Positions 29,449 through 41,673 of a stretch of 56,533 nt of DNA are shown here, piece after piece. Where the stretch lies: NCBI GenBank assembly GCA_000182565.2, contig KQ257454.1. One strand, written 5' to 3'. A program made the position numbers and the translations under genes. A model generated the notes under the pieces. It was not told the DNA's origin, made no database searches, and saw only the letters and a list, made by a program, of their open reading frames with translations. This DNA is from Spizellomyces punctatus DAOM BR117. Taxonomy: Eukaryota. The number at the start of each line of letters is the position of its first letter. Within the stretch, counting starts at the first letter, position 1.

Positions 29449-31872
29449 ATGTATTTATACCATCTGTGCTTCGAAGTCTTCTTGCCCGTCCTTCACACGC
29501 CGTCTACTCCCAAGTTTGCCTTCCCACACTCTCAAGAGCCGTACGCAGCAGGGTCCTTACCGCCCGCCTTTCCTACGGATATCTTCGATCGATTATTGCC
29601 CAGTTATCGGATAGGAACTGTCAATAAATTCAATAAATCGAGTAAGATAAAATTAAAAAAGGAGAGTCAGCTTCCTAAAGGTGGTGGAAAGGCGTTTTGC
29701 GAAAATCATTCTGAACTAGGGCCGGACGCATCCTCCGGGAGTGGTGCAAAAAGCCCAAGCGAAGGACCTTGCCACCGTCGTCGGACACGACAGTTCCCAT
29801 CTGCTGGGCATAGTGTCGCAGATTGGAGAATTGGAACTTTGACCATTGAGTGGTACGATATGTTTGATGGCGCCACCAACAAAGGTGCAGGTGCCTCCGC
29901 AGGCGAACCTCGAACACCAAAAGCGTCGCAGCCAACGCGTGAGGGAGGGGGCAGCTCCACGTTGATCACCGAGACAGCTGCGGTGACCAGAGCAGATACG
30001 GAAAGTGCTGCTACCCGTAATAATGAGCTACCTGGATGTTCTCGAACAGAATTCCTGGAAGAGGACCATGCGCTCCCATCACGTCGGCAACGAACACGGT
30101 CCGCGAAAAAGAAACAAAAAGCTCACACGATTCCGACAAGCGGTGCATTCATTCCCTTCCGTACGGGAACCACTGAACTCAACGCTGGAATCTTGCATCT
30201 TTACCGAGAACGCGCAGATGTTGAGGATATTCTTCATCAGTCTGCTATCCCCCTGCAAAGTGACCCGTCGACTGAACGTCTAACACCAGAGGAAATGTCT
30301 TCTGTCAAGGGAACTGGCACAATATTGTGTGTCTTGGCTGTACCGTCCTACATGACCGCGCAAGATTTTCTCAACTTTGTAGGGCCACTTCGTGATGAGA
30401 TGAGCCATCTGAGGATCGTGAGAGACTCGCTACCTAACCGATATATGGTGCTCATCAAGTTTCGGGACGCACAAGGCGCTGAACGGTTTTACAAGGACTA
30501 CAACGGCCGGGAATTCAGTTCCCTCGAGCCTGAGATGTGTCACGTTGTCTACATCAAATCGATCGAATTCAAATCCCGGGCCATTCCGCCCTACGCATTC
30601 CCTCCGCTTCCAGATGATCCCAGTACATTGTTTTTGCCGACTAAGGTGCCCCTTAGTCCGGCTAACGCAGAAGTCAGCGCCTCTCCAAATTCCGGATCTC
30701 CTTCAAGCACCTACAATATCCCAAGCGATGTGGCAGAGGCAGGAGAGCCTAGAACATCACCCTATGCCACAAGTCCTGCCAAGTCCCCCACTCTGATGAC
30801 AACAAATCAACTTCTGGAGCTTCCAACATGTCCGGTCTGCTTGGAGCGGATGGACGCATCGGTGACCGGCCTGTTGACCATTCTATGTCATCACACCTTT
30901 CACTGCCATTGTTTGTCAAAATGGGGGGATTCCTCATGCCCTGTTTGTCGATATTCTTCAAAAGTCTCATCGTCGCTTGACTCTGACGACGACATGCGAA
31001 ACGAGTGCATGGACTGTGGCTCCACGGAGAATCTCTGGATCTGTTTGATATGCGGAAACATTGGATGTGGGAGATACCAGGAGGCGCACGCGCAGAATCA
31101 TTTTGCGGATACTCAGCATACCTACTCAATGGAGCTCGAGACACAACGAGTATGGGATTACGCCGGAGATGGATATGTGCATCGCTTGATACAAAACCGT
31201 ACGGATGGTAAACTGGTAGAATTGCCCGCTCCCAATCGCACGCACTCGTCTGAATTTGGCGAGAACTTGAACGGAAGCGGAGGTGGGCGGGCAGAAGTGG
31301 GTGGGATGGTTACCACCGAAAAGATGGAGTCCATCGGGTTAGAGTATACGTATCTCTTGACGTCACAACTTGAGTCGCAGCGATTATGGTACGAGTCGCG
31401 CTTAACGCAGATAGAGACCGCTCTGACGCAGCAAAGCTCTGAGCTGACGGGGGCATTAAGTCAAATGCAAGCTGAGCGAGATAGTGCTGTAAAATCACGT
31501 GATGATCTTCAGGCACAGCTTACGCGTGCAGAGAGAGACAACCGTGCCCTTCATAGTCGGTTGACCAAGATTCTGGACCGCGTTGTTAGCAGCGAAAAGG
31601 ATCTCAAAGAAGAGAGAGCCTTAACGAAATCCCTGCTGGCAAATCAAACGTTGTATCAAACCAAGATTGCATCCGCGGAGCAGACTGTGCGTGAGAAGGA
31701 CGCTGATATAGCAGATTTGAAAGAGCAAGTCCGGGACTTAATGGTCTTTTTGGACATGAGAAAGCAGGTAGAGGATTCCGGAGTTGGCGAGGTAAAAGGC
31801 GCTCAAGTGGTCGGTGTAGCTCCCGCCCCTCCCACCCCAGGACCAAAACGGAAGGGCAAGGGAAAGAAATGA
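29449..31872 (+). CDS. BRAP: BRAP2/IMP/Etp1 RING-H2 plus ZnF-UBP ubiquitin ligase, intronless
   Basis: BRAP2 domain (LCVLAVPSYMT...PNRYMVLIKFR), RING (ELPTCPVCLERMD...CHHTFHCHCL), ZnF-UBP (LWICLICGNIGCGRY...RVWDYAGDGYVHRL) and a coiled-coil tail. Confidence 0.95.
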   Translation: MYLYHLCFEVFLPVLHTPSTPKFAFPHSQEPYAAGSLPPAFPTDIFDRLLPSYRIGTVNKFNKSSKIKLKKESQLPKGGGKAFCENHSELGPDASSGSGAKSPSEGPCHRRRTRQFPSAGHSVADWRIGTLTIEWYDMFDGATNKGAGASAGEPRTPKASQPTREGGGSSTLITETAAVTRADTESAATRNNELPGCSRTEFLEEDHALPSRRQRTRSAKKKQKAHTIPTSGAFIPFRTGTTELNAGILHLYRERADVEDILHQSAIPLQSDPSTERLTPEEMSSVKGTGTILCVLAVPSYMTAQDFLNFVGPLRDEMSHLRIVRDSLPNRYMVLIKFRDAQGAERFYKDYNGREFSSLEPEMCHVVYIKSIEFKSRAIPPYAFPPLPDDPSTLFLPTKVPLSPANAEVSASPNSGSPSSTYNIPSDVAEAGEPRTSPYATSPAKSPTLMTTNQLLELPTCPVCLERMDASVTGLLTILCHHTFHCHCLSKWGDSSCPVCRYSSKVSSSLDSDDDMRNECMDCGSTENLWICLICGNIGCGRYQEAHAQNHFADTQHTYSMELETQRVWDYAGDGYVHRLIQNRTDGKLVELPAPNRTHSSEFGENLNGSGGGRAEVGGMVTTEKMESIGLEYTYLLTSQLESQRLWYESRLTQIETALTQQSSELTGALSQMQAERDSAVKSRDDLQAQLTRAERDNRALHSRLTKILDRVVSSEKDLKEERALTKSLLANQTLYQTKIASAEQTVREKDADIADLKEQVRDLMVFLDMRKQVEDSGVGEVKGAQVVGVAPAPPTPGPKRKGKGKK

Positions 31873-32052
31873 CGATGGAGAGTGGGGGTACGCCCCGAGA
31901 ATGGGCTTGCATAATTGTAGATACTAATTCATACTTGTATAATACAACATCGGCGATCAGATTCTGGTGCTATACTATAAATGCTGAGCACAGTCACAAT
32001 AAGATACATAGGGCTGCCGACTGAATGCTATTCACGAAGATTTAATCAATCT

Positions 32053-32790
32053 TTAACTGGATCCGTAGCTACATCCTTCTAGGGAATGCAGCTTTGCAAG
32101 GCGATCGACGTGGTGCTGGCCATCAAATGCCGTAGTTAAAAATGCAGCAACCATTTCGTTTGCCACATCCGGACCTGTCGTTCTTGCCCCGAGTGCGATC
32201 ATATTCGCGTCGTTGTGCTATTATATGCACGTTATTGGACACGTCGGCCAATCGCTGATTTGCATCAAATCCCTACCCTTCTCGCCATGACAGCAGTAAA
32301 ATGATCGTGACACAGAGCACATCGAATTCCCTTGACTTTATTCGCCGCAATAGAAATCCCAATGCCAGAGCCGCAGATCAATATTCCAAGTTTTCGCTCT
32401 GTGTCATGATACACCAATATATTGGTCAATGAATAGAAAAAGCTGAGTTCAAAATCCAAGAAAGCTCACCATATTGTTTATGCTTCGCAAGAACCTGCTC
32501 GGCAGCAATACTAGCATAGTCTGGGTAGTCGCACTGGCGCGCGACAAGTCAGATATCGATATCAATCCCCACTATGGTCGGTTCTTAACAAGCTGCGGCA
32601 TGCTAGGTCATACCCGGGTCGTATCGTGAGGTCCTACATCGGTAATATCCCAACCGTCACTTGCGGGGTTGGTCGAGAGGAACTCAACAATGTTGCTCTT
32701 CATTCCGACCCCTACGTGATCGGAGGCGAGTACAATAAGGCCCTTCGCTGTGGGGCTTTTCTTATAATGCCGAAACTCCAAAGTAGTCAT
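32053..32790 (-). CDS. rpiB: Ribose-5-phosphate isomerase B (RpiB/LacAB family), 3 introns
   Basis: [54 protein letters not shown]. Confidence 0.92.
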
Positions 32791-32924
32791 CTTGTTCGTT
32801 GTGAAATATTATTAGAACCCAACCCAATTCTGTGACATACAGTACTGTCGTCTCTATAGCAACAGCATGTAGTTGGGTGCGCAGCAAATGGATTCACCAC
32901 CATCCTTCCTTGCCCTGCTTCCAA

Positions 32925-33695
32925 ATGTTCCGGTCAACACTCTCTGTCGCTTCGCTTCGACAGTTGCTGGCCAGAAAATCAGTCATCACAATTGCGAGTC
33001 AACGGCACGTTAGCCGCTCTGCTTTTCTAAACTCTTTTTTGAACGAGACCCCGAAAATGCCTGGCCCCATGTACAGCAGAATAGAAGAAAAGGTACAAGG
33101 CAAACTGTACAGCCTGTAGGACGGTATTAGTTCATATCATATGCCAATATAATTCATGATTCGGTCATCTTCGCAAATATTAGCTCCGAACCGCACTGCA
33201 GCCCACGACACTGGAAATAGTCGATGACAGTGCCAAGCACAAGGGTCATGCTGCGATGCGCGGAGTAACAGGAGGGGAGACGCATTTTAGGTACTCAATC
33301 AGACACATTGGCTGAATGATCCGCTCGTCTACGAATGTGTGTTCCCTTTTAATCAATGAATTTCACCATATGCAGGGTCACGGCAGTCTCACCAAAGTTT
33401 GAGGGAAAGGTAGGATCTATGCCGTCCACATTGAAAACGATTTGATGGCCCATGCAAAAAATTGAGATTCCTTCTAATTGCTTCTGCTTCTTTATACGCA
33501 GCCAGCGGTTCAGCGACACAAGGTAGTCATCCTTATAATCCTCATTCATCTGAGCTCTCATGAAGTATGGCTAAACCTGAAATCTTCTTTTAGCTGGTAT
33601 ATGAAATTCTGGATCAAGAACTCAAAGATGGAGTTCATGCACTATCAATCACAGCAAAGACGCCCGCCGAGTATCAAAAATTGCAAGGGTCCTAG
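32925..33695 (+). CDS. BOLA1: BolA-family protein (mitochondrial BOLA1-like), multi-exon
   Basis: Presequence-like N-terminus. Exons read LQPTTLEIVDDSAKHKGH...GETHFR / VSPKFEGK / VQRHK / LVYEILDQELKDGVHALSITAKTPAE. Confidence 0.88.
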
Positions 33696-33998
33696 ACATA
33701 GACCGCTCATATCAACATATATTCATATCCATCCATTCTGGTTTTGCATAGTAGACATTAAAAATGGGTGGATGTCTTTCCGTGTAGTTGCACTGTGACC
33801 ATCGCCATGACTTCCACAGCCTCTCCCACCGATCGGTTGACCATTCCCATTTCTCGATTCAAAGTGATATATACGATGGTTTATTACGTTCCAACAAGGT
33901 TAACAGTTTCTACAAGCGTTAGTCCCGCCCTTAACCGGCCCGATCCCATCGTCGTCGCAATGGAGAAATCCAGTATGTGTCGTATCTAATGAGATTCT

Positions 33999-34421
33999 CT
34001 ACGCTTTCGCCGGCACTGTTGCGTCCTTTCCCTCCGCCTTTCGCTGCTTTTCCTTTTCGTATTCTTCTTGCACAATTGACAATCGAAGAAGCTAGAACAC
34101 AAAATCAATTCATGTTTCTGGTCAAAATATAGGATTGGGCCCCCCAACGTTCCCTTCTCTCTCTACAGGTGCCGTGAGCTATATAGCACTTAATTCTCAC
34201 GTCCACAGTTCAGCCAAGCGTGGCTGGAGTCACTGCGTCTAACTCCCCTATATATGTTGGATACACACCTCTTTACGATGGTACAGGCACTCTTGATAGT
34301 CTTCAAATTGGTTTGTACATTCTTTGCGTGGCGAGTCACTTTGCACGTAACACTTTGCAAACTCTTGCCAGAAGGGGAAGCACCTCCCTCGCCCACCGTT
34401 CAGGCCGAATCCAGACGACAT
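33999..34421 (-). CDS. NDUFS5: Complex I subunit NDUFS5 (twin CX9C protein)
   Basis: MSSGFGLNGGRGRCFPFWQEFAKCYVQSDSPRKECTNQFEDYQECLYHRKE, then a terminal exon LLRLSIVQEEYEKEK...AKA*. Confidence 0.88.
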
Positions 34422-34596
34422 GGTTGACCAACAAGTCTATTTCGTAGGATCGCAACGTGGAATAACGCCGAGAGCGTGTCTCCTCATTATGTTGGGTCAA
34501 CGGCAACCATGGAAACGCGGGCCGATGGCACCAAGCCTCGTCTGAGTTGCTCTTCTTTCCCGGCGCATTTCACACATCAACACTATTCCCTGCAAC

Positions 34597-35308
34597 ATGG
34601 TAACAACAAGAGATATCGTACTCGGCACTGCGGCTGCGGCAGCTGTCTGTGGAATAGGCTACTTGATCTACTTCGACCAGAGGAGACAAAGAGATCCCGC
34701 GTTCAGGAGAAAGCTGAGTACGTCGAGATCCCTTTTCCCCCACCATGTCACCTCGGCAGAAGTTCTGTTTTCTTTACCATTAAGATTGTGCGTTGTTAAT
34801 ATTGGTATCTCTGGCCATATTTTGCTGCTGGCACTTTTAGGAAAACAACGAAAAGAAGTGGCCAATGCAAAAGAGGCCGATGCAGCAGAGGCCAGGTTAC
34901 GCCAAAAAGCAGCGGCCGCTGCTGCAAGTGCCGCCGGAGGAGGCTTCGATCTTGATGAACCTATACCAACTAGTCCACAAGAGCGAGGAGAATACTTCAT
35001 GAAGCATTTGCAGATGGGAGAAGCGTTACTGGCTCGAGGTAAACATTGATGCTTACAATATTTATGAATGGCGGGAAGCTGACTGCGTTGTTCGATTAGG
35101 TCCTCAAGCTTATGATGTAGCCGCAAAATGCTTCTTCAAAGCACTTCAGGCATACGCTGAGCCAATGAACCTGTTGATGGTCCTTCAGCAATCGGTGCCT
35201 GAGCCTGTGATGAACACTATCATGGAGCTGTACGCCGCTGATGTAGGTGCGGGGGCAGGGCCAGGGGCACGACAGGGACCAACCTTGACGGAGGTTGAAA
35301 TAGAATGA
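34597..35308 (+). CDS. TOM20: Mitochondrial import receptor Tom20 (short isoform)
   Basis: N-terminal TM anchor with GYLIYFDQRRQRDPAFRRKL; YFMKHLQMGEALL...FFKALQAYAEPMNLLMVLQQSVP. Reading through the donor at 35243 reaches TGA at 35306-35308. Confidence 0.9.
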
Positions 35309-37027
35309 ATGGCGTATGGGGGGAAGGACTGTGCATAGTGCTTGGCATTTAGTGTTTATAGGTAGATGGCATATTCTAACACGAGAATCTGTATCATTTT
35401 CATATTCCTGCCCTCAATATTACTTATTGCCCCATCTCGGTGGATCATAGCTGAAGCAGCATCAACAAGAATGTGGGTAACGTGTTTCGCCAGGGTCGCA
35501 CTGTTAGCAATTGAATCGTCTGACATCGCTCAATGACAGACTTCAACCACTTCCCGCCTCAGAGTATGAACGTGAAAGTGAAGGAAGTCCAGCAGGGCAC
35601 TACGCCTGACGGAAAGAGAATTGTACGGAGAGGTCTGAGTGTCATAAAGGACGTGGCGGTTGGGGAGGAGATTTATCGAGAGCGACCAATTGTCTCAACC
35701 CAGTATCTGACCAACGTCGGTACCATGCGTAATTTGACCGGAAGCTACTTGAATGTAAAGCTTATATTGCTCTCAAACCCCAGGGCAAACTGTGCGGTTA
35801 TTGCCTTAAATCCCTCGATCGCGCTGACGGTGTGATTCCTTGTGAGAATTGCCAGGAGGAGAACTACTGCTGCGATTCGTGTCGGGATTCAGCGAGAAAA
35901 GAATTCCATGGCATCCTTTGTGCTGCAGACCCCACAACTAGTGAAGCATACAAGAAGCTCTTGGAGCACTGTTCGGAGAAACACACGAAGCTCCCGCTCC
36001 TGGTTGCTAATTTCCTAGCAAAAATGGTGTACGAAGAAACGGTAAAGCCCGAGGAAGGGACAGAAAAACCCAAATATTCGACGTGGGGTAAGGGACTACT
36101 GCCACGGGTCTTGTAGTTCATTTGGCTCACGAGATGTTTGGGTAGACCACTTGGAGCGTCTCTACGACTTGAAGTTGAAGCCTACCGAGGAAGATCAACA
36201 AGAAGTAGCACTGATCAAGCAGGTTATTGGCAACAAGGTGCCCGGATTTGATGACTGTACGTTTACAGATATGTGAAGTTTCCTCCCACGCTCCCTCATA
36301 CTTCCCTCCTTTCCAGTCCTCACCGAAGATCGATACGTCTTGATCAAAGGCAAGATGTCTTACAATGCATATGCTGTTGCAACCGGAAGCCAGGCGACTC
36401 CTGTGCTTAACAGCGATCCTGTCCGCGGAGCCTTCGCCGCGGACCAGAAAACCGGAGTTGGTTTATATCATGTGACAAGCTTGATTGCTCATTCCTGCGA
36501 TCCAAATGTGGATACCCAATATCAAGACGGTACCAATGAGCTTACCTTGGTTGCCAAGAGCGGCCTAAAAGCCGGAGACGAGCTTTACGTTAGCTACATT
36601 GTTCCTGATGGCAAGGAGACCAAGGAAAGGAGAAAGGAATTGAAAGAAAAGGTGCGGGCCCAGACATGGCGTTGTGACTGTATATGGCTCACTGACTTGG
36701 TTACAGTATTCATTTCATTGCAAATGCACCAAATGCACCTCCTCCATGGATCTTCTCGCTGAAGGCGGGGCTGGCAATGACGAGGCCCTCGACGTGACGC
36801 AAATGACGTCCGTTACAGCAATCATCAACGACGATGACAGTGTCGACGTTACTGCTACCCAAGTGACGACTGTGGTAGATAGTACTTCTACTTCTCTCGG
36901 TGAAGACGGTGTTTCTCTCGAAACCGAGATAACGACCCTTGAAGGGGACGGGACATCCGTGACACTGAAGACAACAGAGCTCGCTGTGCTTGAAACCGTG
37001 GATGAGAGCTCCACGGGTTTGGTTTAG
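34597..37027 (+). CDS. Tom20-SET/MYND (SMYD-like) fusion protein (long isoform)
   Basis: In-frame splice path: GTAGGT donor at 35243 to microexon 35451-35472 (LKQHQQE), then to 35540 (YFNHFPPQSMNVKV...RRGLSVIKDVAVGEEIYRERP). MYND CGYC...CENC...YCCDSC...H...C, SET GLYHVTSLIAHSCDPN and ELYVSY, post-SET FHCKCTKC. Confidence 0.75.
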
Positions 37028-37172
37028 TCGACTATTGGTTGAAACATTTTAAGGGCGATTTCCACTTTGGAGTTGCGTGTATATTTCTTTAGCATGCGCT
37101 TGGCATTGATGCATATTTCCTGTTGCAAATAGCATATGGTTTCATCCCACATACATGATAATGCTAAAATCG

Positions 37173-40100
37173 TCAATTCTGCGCATTCTCAATCGAAAGT
37201 GTTCTGAACTTCTTTCCGATGAGAGCCATGAGCTCCCTCTGATTCAAGTCAGGATTATCTGCCTTTATGGACACAAAACTTTCCTACAATTTCATGAGGG
37301 TAAGCTCCACCGCGACAACCACCTTGAAGCATCCACAACTCACCTTAACAAAGGCAGTAAACCTGTTCTCTTTATACGGCGTCCCATCCTTCCGGATGCG
37401 CTCTGGTTTCAGCAAAATCAGCCGCCCACCACACCGCCCGCATCCGTGGGTCTAACGCAGACCAATGCATCAAGAAAAAAAAATATCAATGCAGCGCAGA
37501 TCGTCGCTTCATACCTGAACATTGATCGACTTGCTATGACGTCCGTATCTGAGCAAGCCTAGTCAATACCTCGGGAGACCAATCTCGATCAATTACCGTA
37601 AGCAACTCACGTTCTCCCACATTCATCTTTGATGCATTGATATTGGTATTTGCAGGCAATATCGTATGAATGACATGTCGTCACTTTAATCTGTGGGTAT
37701 AAACATTCGGCGCGTGCGGCCCTTCGCGGTCCATGTGAGAACTTTGCAATTGTCCGTGAACGCACGACATCATATGCCGTACCAATATTTAAAGACCTTC
37801 CCATGTGGCGGAGTAGAAACCTTGTTCAAGATCCATTGTGCAGCCTAAAAAAGGTCCGTCTGAGATTAAGAAAGCGAGTCACGGCATCCTTGTGACATTG
37901 TCATACATGGCACATTTCGTGTATCAACGTGCTCTGCAATCTTCCTACGAGATGAACATAGGTTGATTTCATCTCGTAACTCAATAGATGGAGAGATCAC
38001 GTACCAATGTCATCGAGGACCTTCATTGAAAGCTCTATACTGGCTACGTGCTCGAGTTTGCCATTCCTTAGCTCCCTGAGGATGCGTCGTCAGTGGAAAT
38101 GTGTTGATGTTCCTATTTGTATGAGTGACGTACGTACTTCTTCAGGAATGTGCGGCCAGCTGTCGTGCGCAAATGCTTGGACCACACTAAACCGAGATCA
38201 GAAGGAAGTCTCGACTCGAAGATTTCGCGATTATATTCCTGAAACAGTTGCTGTGATAACGCTACTCGCTGTCTTTTGAAAGCTGCGTTTGGGGTACCAA
38301 GGCCTGCATTGAACGGCAGTTTGAGCGAATGTCAATGGCCGTGCATGCAATCGATACATACATGCCAGATTGGACGGCGTAAAAGGTCGACGGCCAAGTG
38401 GCGTTCTTTTCGGGGTATCTAAGGCGTCAGTTGACGGCTCCCATACATTGACCAATGGTTGCAGCTTTCGCGGCGTGCCATCGCTGAAGGAACACAATTA
38501 GATGAGCATCATGCCGAAGAACAAGGCAGGCAGAGCTCACAAGACGAGGATCCCACGTTCGCTGTCGTCCGAGTCATCCCACTCCACTTCATCTGCAGTT
38601 CTGTATAAGCACATTTGCAGACATAGATCATTGTTCCGCACAATTTTCCCACCTGCTGGTTCGCTACCCTCAACAGGTTGAAAACCCATGGGAGTTCCTC
38701 TCGCGTCGGTCTTCACTAAATTTGTTGGAATATATTAGCACTTTCTATTCAGCTTTTGACCGACATCACGCCGGGTTCAGGGTGACAGTAACCAAACTGG
38801 AATTGGCACTAAGCGTACCTGGCTCGGGGGTTTCCGGTTTCATTTGGATTCCTGACGGATCGTGTGGGTCGTGACTGTGAGACAGCGGATGCCTTTCGGT
38901 CGTCCTCTCCGCCTCCAGTTTGTCCCGTAAGGAGGTGGGTCCATTTGTCGGTTTCTGGAATTGCGATGGTTGTTCATCTGACGTGCCATCGTTGCGGATT
39001 TCTGGAGCCAGCTCATCCATTGCACCGCCGGGAAGTTGAGAAGAAGGCTCACGTGGAGAACCTACACCATCATTCCCAATGCTAAGTCGATTGAATCTGG
39101 ACAGTAGCGACGTTGGGGAGGGGAGTTCATTGTCGCTGATAGTTCCATCCAGTGAACTTATATCTCTGGAAAAGGACTGACTACTACAGCTGATTGGCGA
39201 AATCCCATTTAACGTTGAATCCACATATTCAAATGATGTCCGGCGTTCAGACGTGTCTAAATTGGCCTGCAAAGGAGTCTCGATGGAGGACACACCGTTA
39301 TCCACAGCTGAATTAACTGTTTAGCACGTTGTGAACTTGGCATTGTGGACATAAGGCAACTTACTGGTCGGATCTTCTTTGTCATGGTGAACCAAGTAAG
39401 TTGTTTCAATATCAAACTTCTCGTGTTCGGTACGGAACGGGGTGACCGAACTCCCATTGGGTTCCACAAAGCTTCCCCGTCTGGCGCTGTAGACATCGCA
39501 TAATGGGCTACCCATAGAATTCATGCTTGGTTCAGCCGCATCACGCAATATGGGATATCGTTTCTCTGAGCGTCCCCGTCTCTTTCGAGTGGTCACGAAT
39601 TGATCTACCGCAACGAACTTGCATTTGCAAGGATTCGTGGTATCAACAACAGTACAGTCTTACCTTTGATGGGGTACATGGACGCACTCGGTGTTTCAAA
39701 AGTCTTGACATTCCTGGGAATCAATGTTTCCATTTCATCAAAGCAGATCTGATCTGCAGCTGTCTTGACAACCACAGGGGTATTGCATATAAAAATATCC
39801 TCTCTGCAAGATGTGTCAGAATCGCATGCCACATCTCTAATGTTCTCGGGCTTGTGATGCACAGTGGTATCTAAAAGTGTGTATTTAGGCACATCATCAT
39901 ATTTGCCAATGCTTGACTGAGTCGCCTCTTCCTCTTCTGAGCAAGAGAAATACTGAGATTCGATTGATCCCTCGTTCAATGAAGGCTTGTCAGCCGCATG
40001 ATCGACCTCGTCAATGTCTGTATCAAAGCCCTCCTTGCAGTCCCCTTTCAGTGTGGTTACTTGGCGGAAGCCCTGCTCTCCCGCACCTGAATTCGTCGTT

Positions 40101-41108
40101 ACTGAGCCCCCGGATATGTCTTGGATACTAGAGCTTTTGTGACCAAGTGAGCGTCCGTCGTCAACAGTAACTTGACTATTCCCGAGTTGCCACCCGCGCG
40201 GAATGCTTTGGTGGTTATTCTCATAATCCTTGAGGTCGTCTTCATCTACATGTGCGCCATTATCATGACTTATCGCACGAGATCCAGCGAAAACAGTGCC
40301 ATCATCGCCTGGGGAGGTGCTCAGCATAATACCACCGTCTTTCTTTTCATCTATCTGTCTTTCTGTATTCCATTCGTCAGCAGTGTCTATTTCGTATTTC
40401 TCCTCCTTTAGTACGTCTATGTTGCATTCGTCCTCCGAACTTTGTGTAGGTGGAGGATGACCTTCAACATCCGATCCTTCTTCATTGTCGAAATTGATAT
40501 TGGGAAGTGATTGCCGCATAAAATATTTCCGCTTCGGATGCGGCAATTCATCAAAGCTGTCCTCTATTCTAAACCGATGCTGTCTCGGGATATTAGTCTT
40601 CGTGTCCATATTGCCCGCTCTTTTTGGACCGGGTGTTGGCAGTTGTGCACTACTGGAATTCGAATTTTGCACCGCCGGCGAGCGTAATACAACTTCGCTA
40701 GGATCAATCTCCACTTGGGGTTCAACTGCTTCTTCCACTCTCGAATTCTCATGCTCCGCATTCTCGGCAAGCGACGGCACACATTTGTTCAGAGTGTCCT
40801 GTAGGCGTTTTGCGTACTGGTTCAACAAAGGAAAGTAGTTTGGATCCAGAAACTGGTACGGATCTTCAAACGGATATGAAGATTCCTCTCGCTCATCTGC
40901 TTCTTTTTCCAACTTCAGAAGTTTTTCACATGAGCTGTGAATAGCTGTAACATGGGTTTCCTCTCCATTCATTGTTGACATTCACCTTATACAGTAGGGT
41001 TGGCAACCCCGTCCAGTCCCCAAGCTCCAGATGTAGATCCTCAAAATGATTTCGAAAGAAATTCACCAATTCATCCTGCCTCTGAGACCTGCTCGTCACA
41101 ACTTCCAT
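37173..41108 (-). CDS. GCNA/ACRC-like SprT metalloprotease: long acidic disordered N-terminus, SprT domain, zinc ribbon, HMG-like C-terminus; start uncertain
   Basis: RLQSTLIHEMCH (HExxH), AAQWIL...PPHGKVFKYW, TTCHSYDIACKYQYQC, GRHSKS, CGRCGGRL, and terminal ELMALIGKKF. Acidic low-complexity ORFs at 38766-40981 link via GT-AG introns. Confidence 0.8.
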
Positions 41109-41673
41109 TCTGTTATTTGGCCGCGTGCATCCATATGCACATGTCGAGTGGAGCTCAGAGAGGGATGTCCAGCTATTCGGATATTCGGACGCGTAGTGGC
41201 AAAAGGACTTTGAAGACCCAACCACTATCGACCTTCTCTCTGGCCACCAAGATATCCCTTAGAATTGGGAGACAAAATAATTTTCGATGCATGCAACTGG
41301 TGAGTTGATACGTTGCCTCTTCCTGACCTCAGAAAGAATAGATCTATGTTCTCTCCAACCTTACGAATACAAAACATGATCATTTCTTGATAAATTGCGA
41401 CACTCCTCCTTCTTATTTAAACGCGCCACTGTTCTTCTATCCTTTCCAAAGTTCAATTGTCCCGCGTTGCTATAAGGACGCACGAAACATGCACAAACCA
41501 CACCGTTATACTAGAACCCGATATTGGATTTTGAGATCTTCGTCCGATAAAGTGGACGCGTTTGCTTACCTGATCATATTTGCACGAGCAACCAGCATAC
41601 TCACCTCACACCTCACATTATCTTTCAGTTTCGGCTGGTCCGAACCTAAAACGTCAGAAGATTCAGCTAGATT

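Noticed and set aside
29449-31872. Intronless BRAP2 as a retrogene
   Set aside because: No polyA remnant or TSD, and it shares a normal head-to-head promoter with ALG5.
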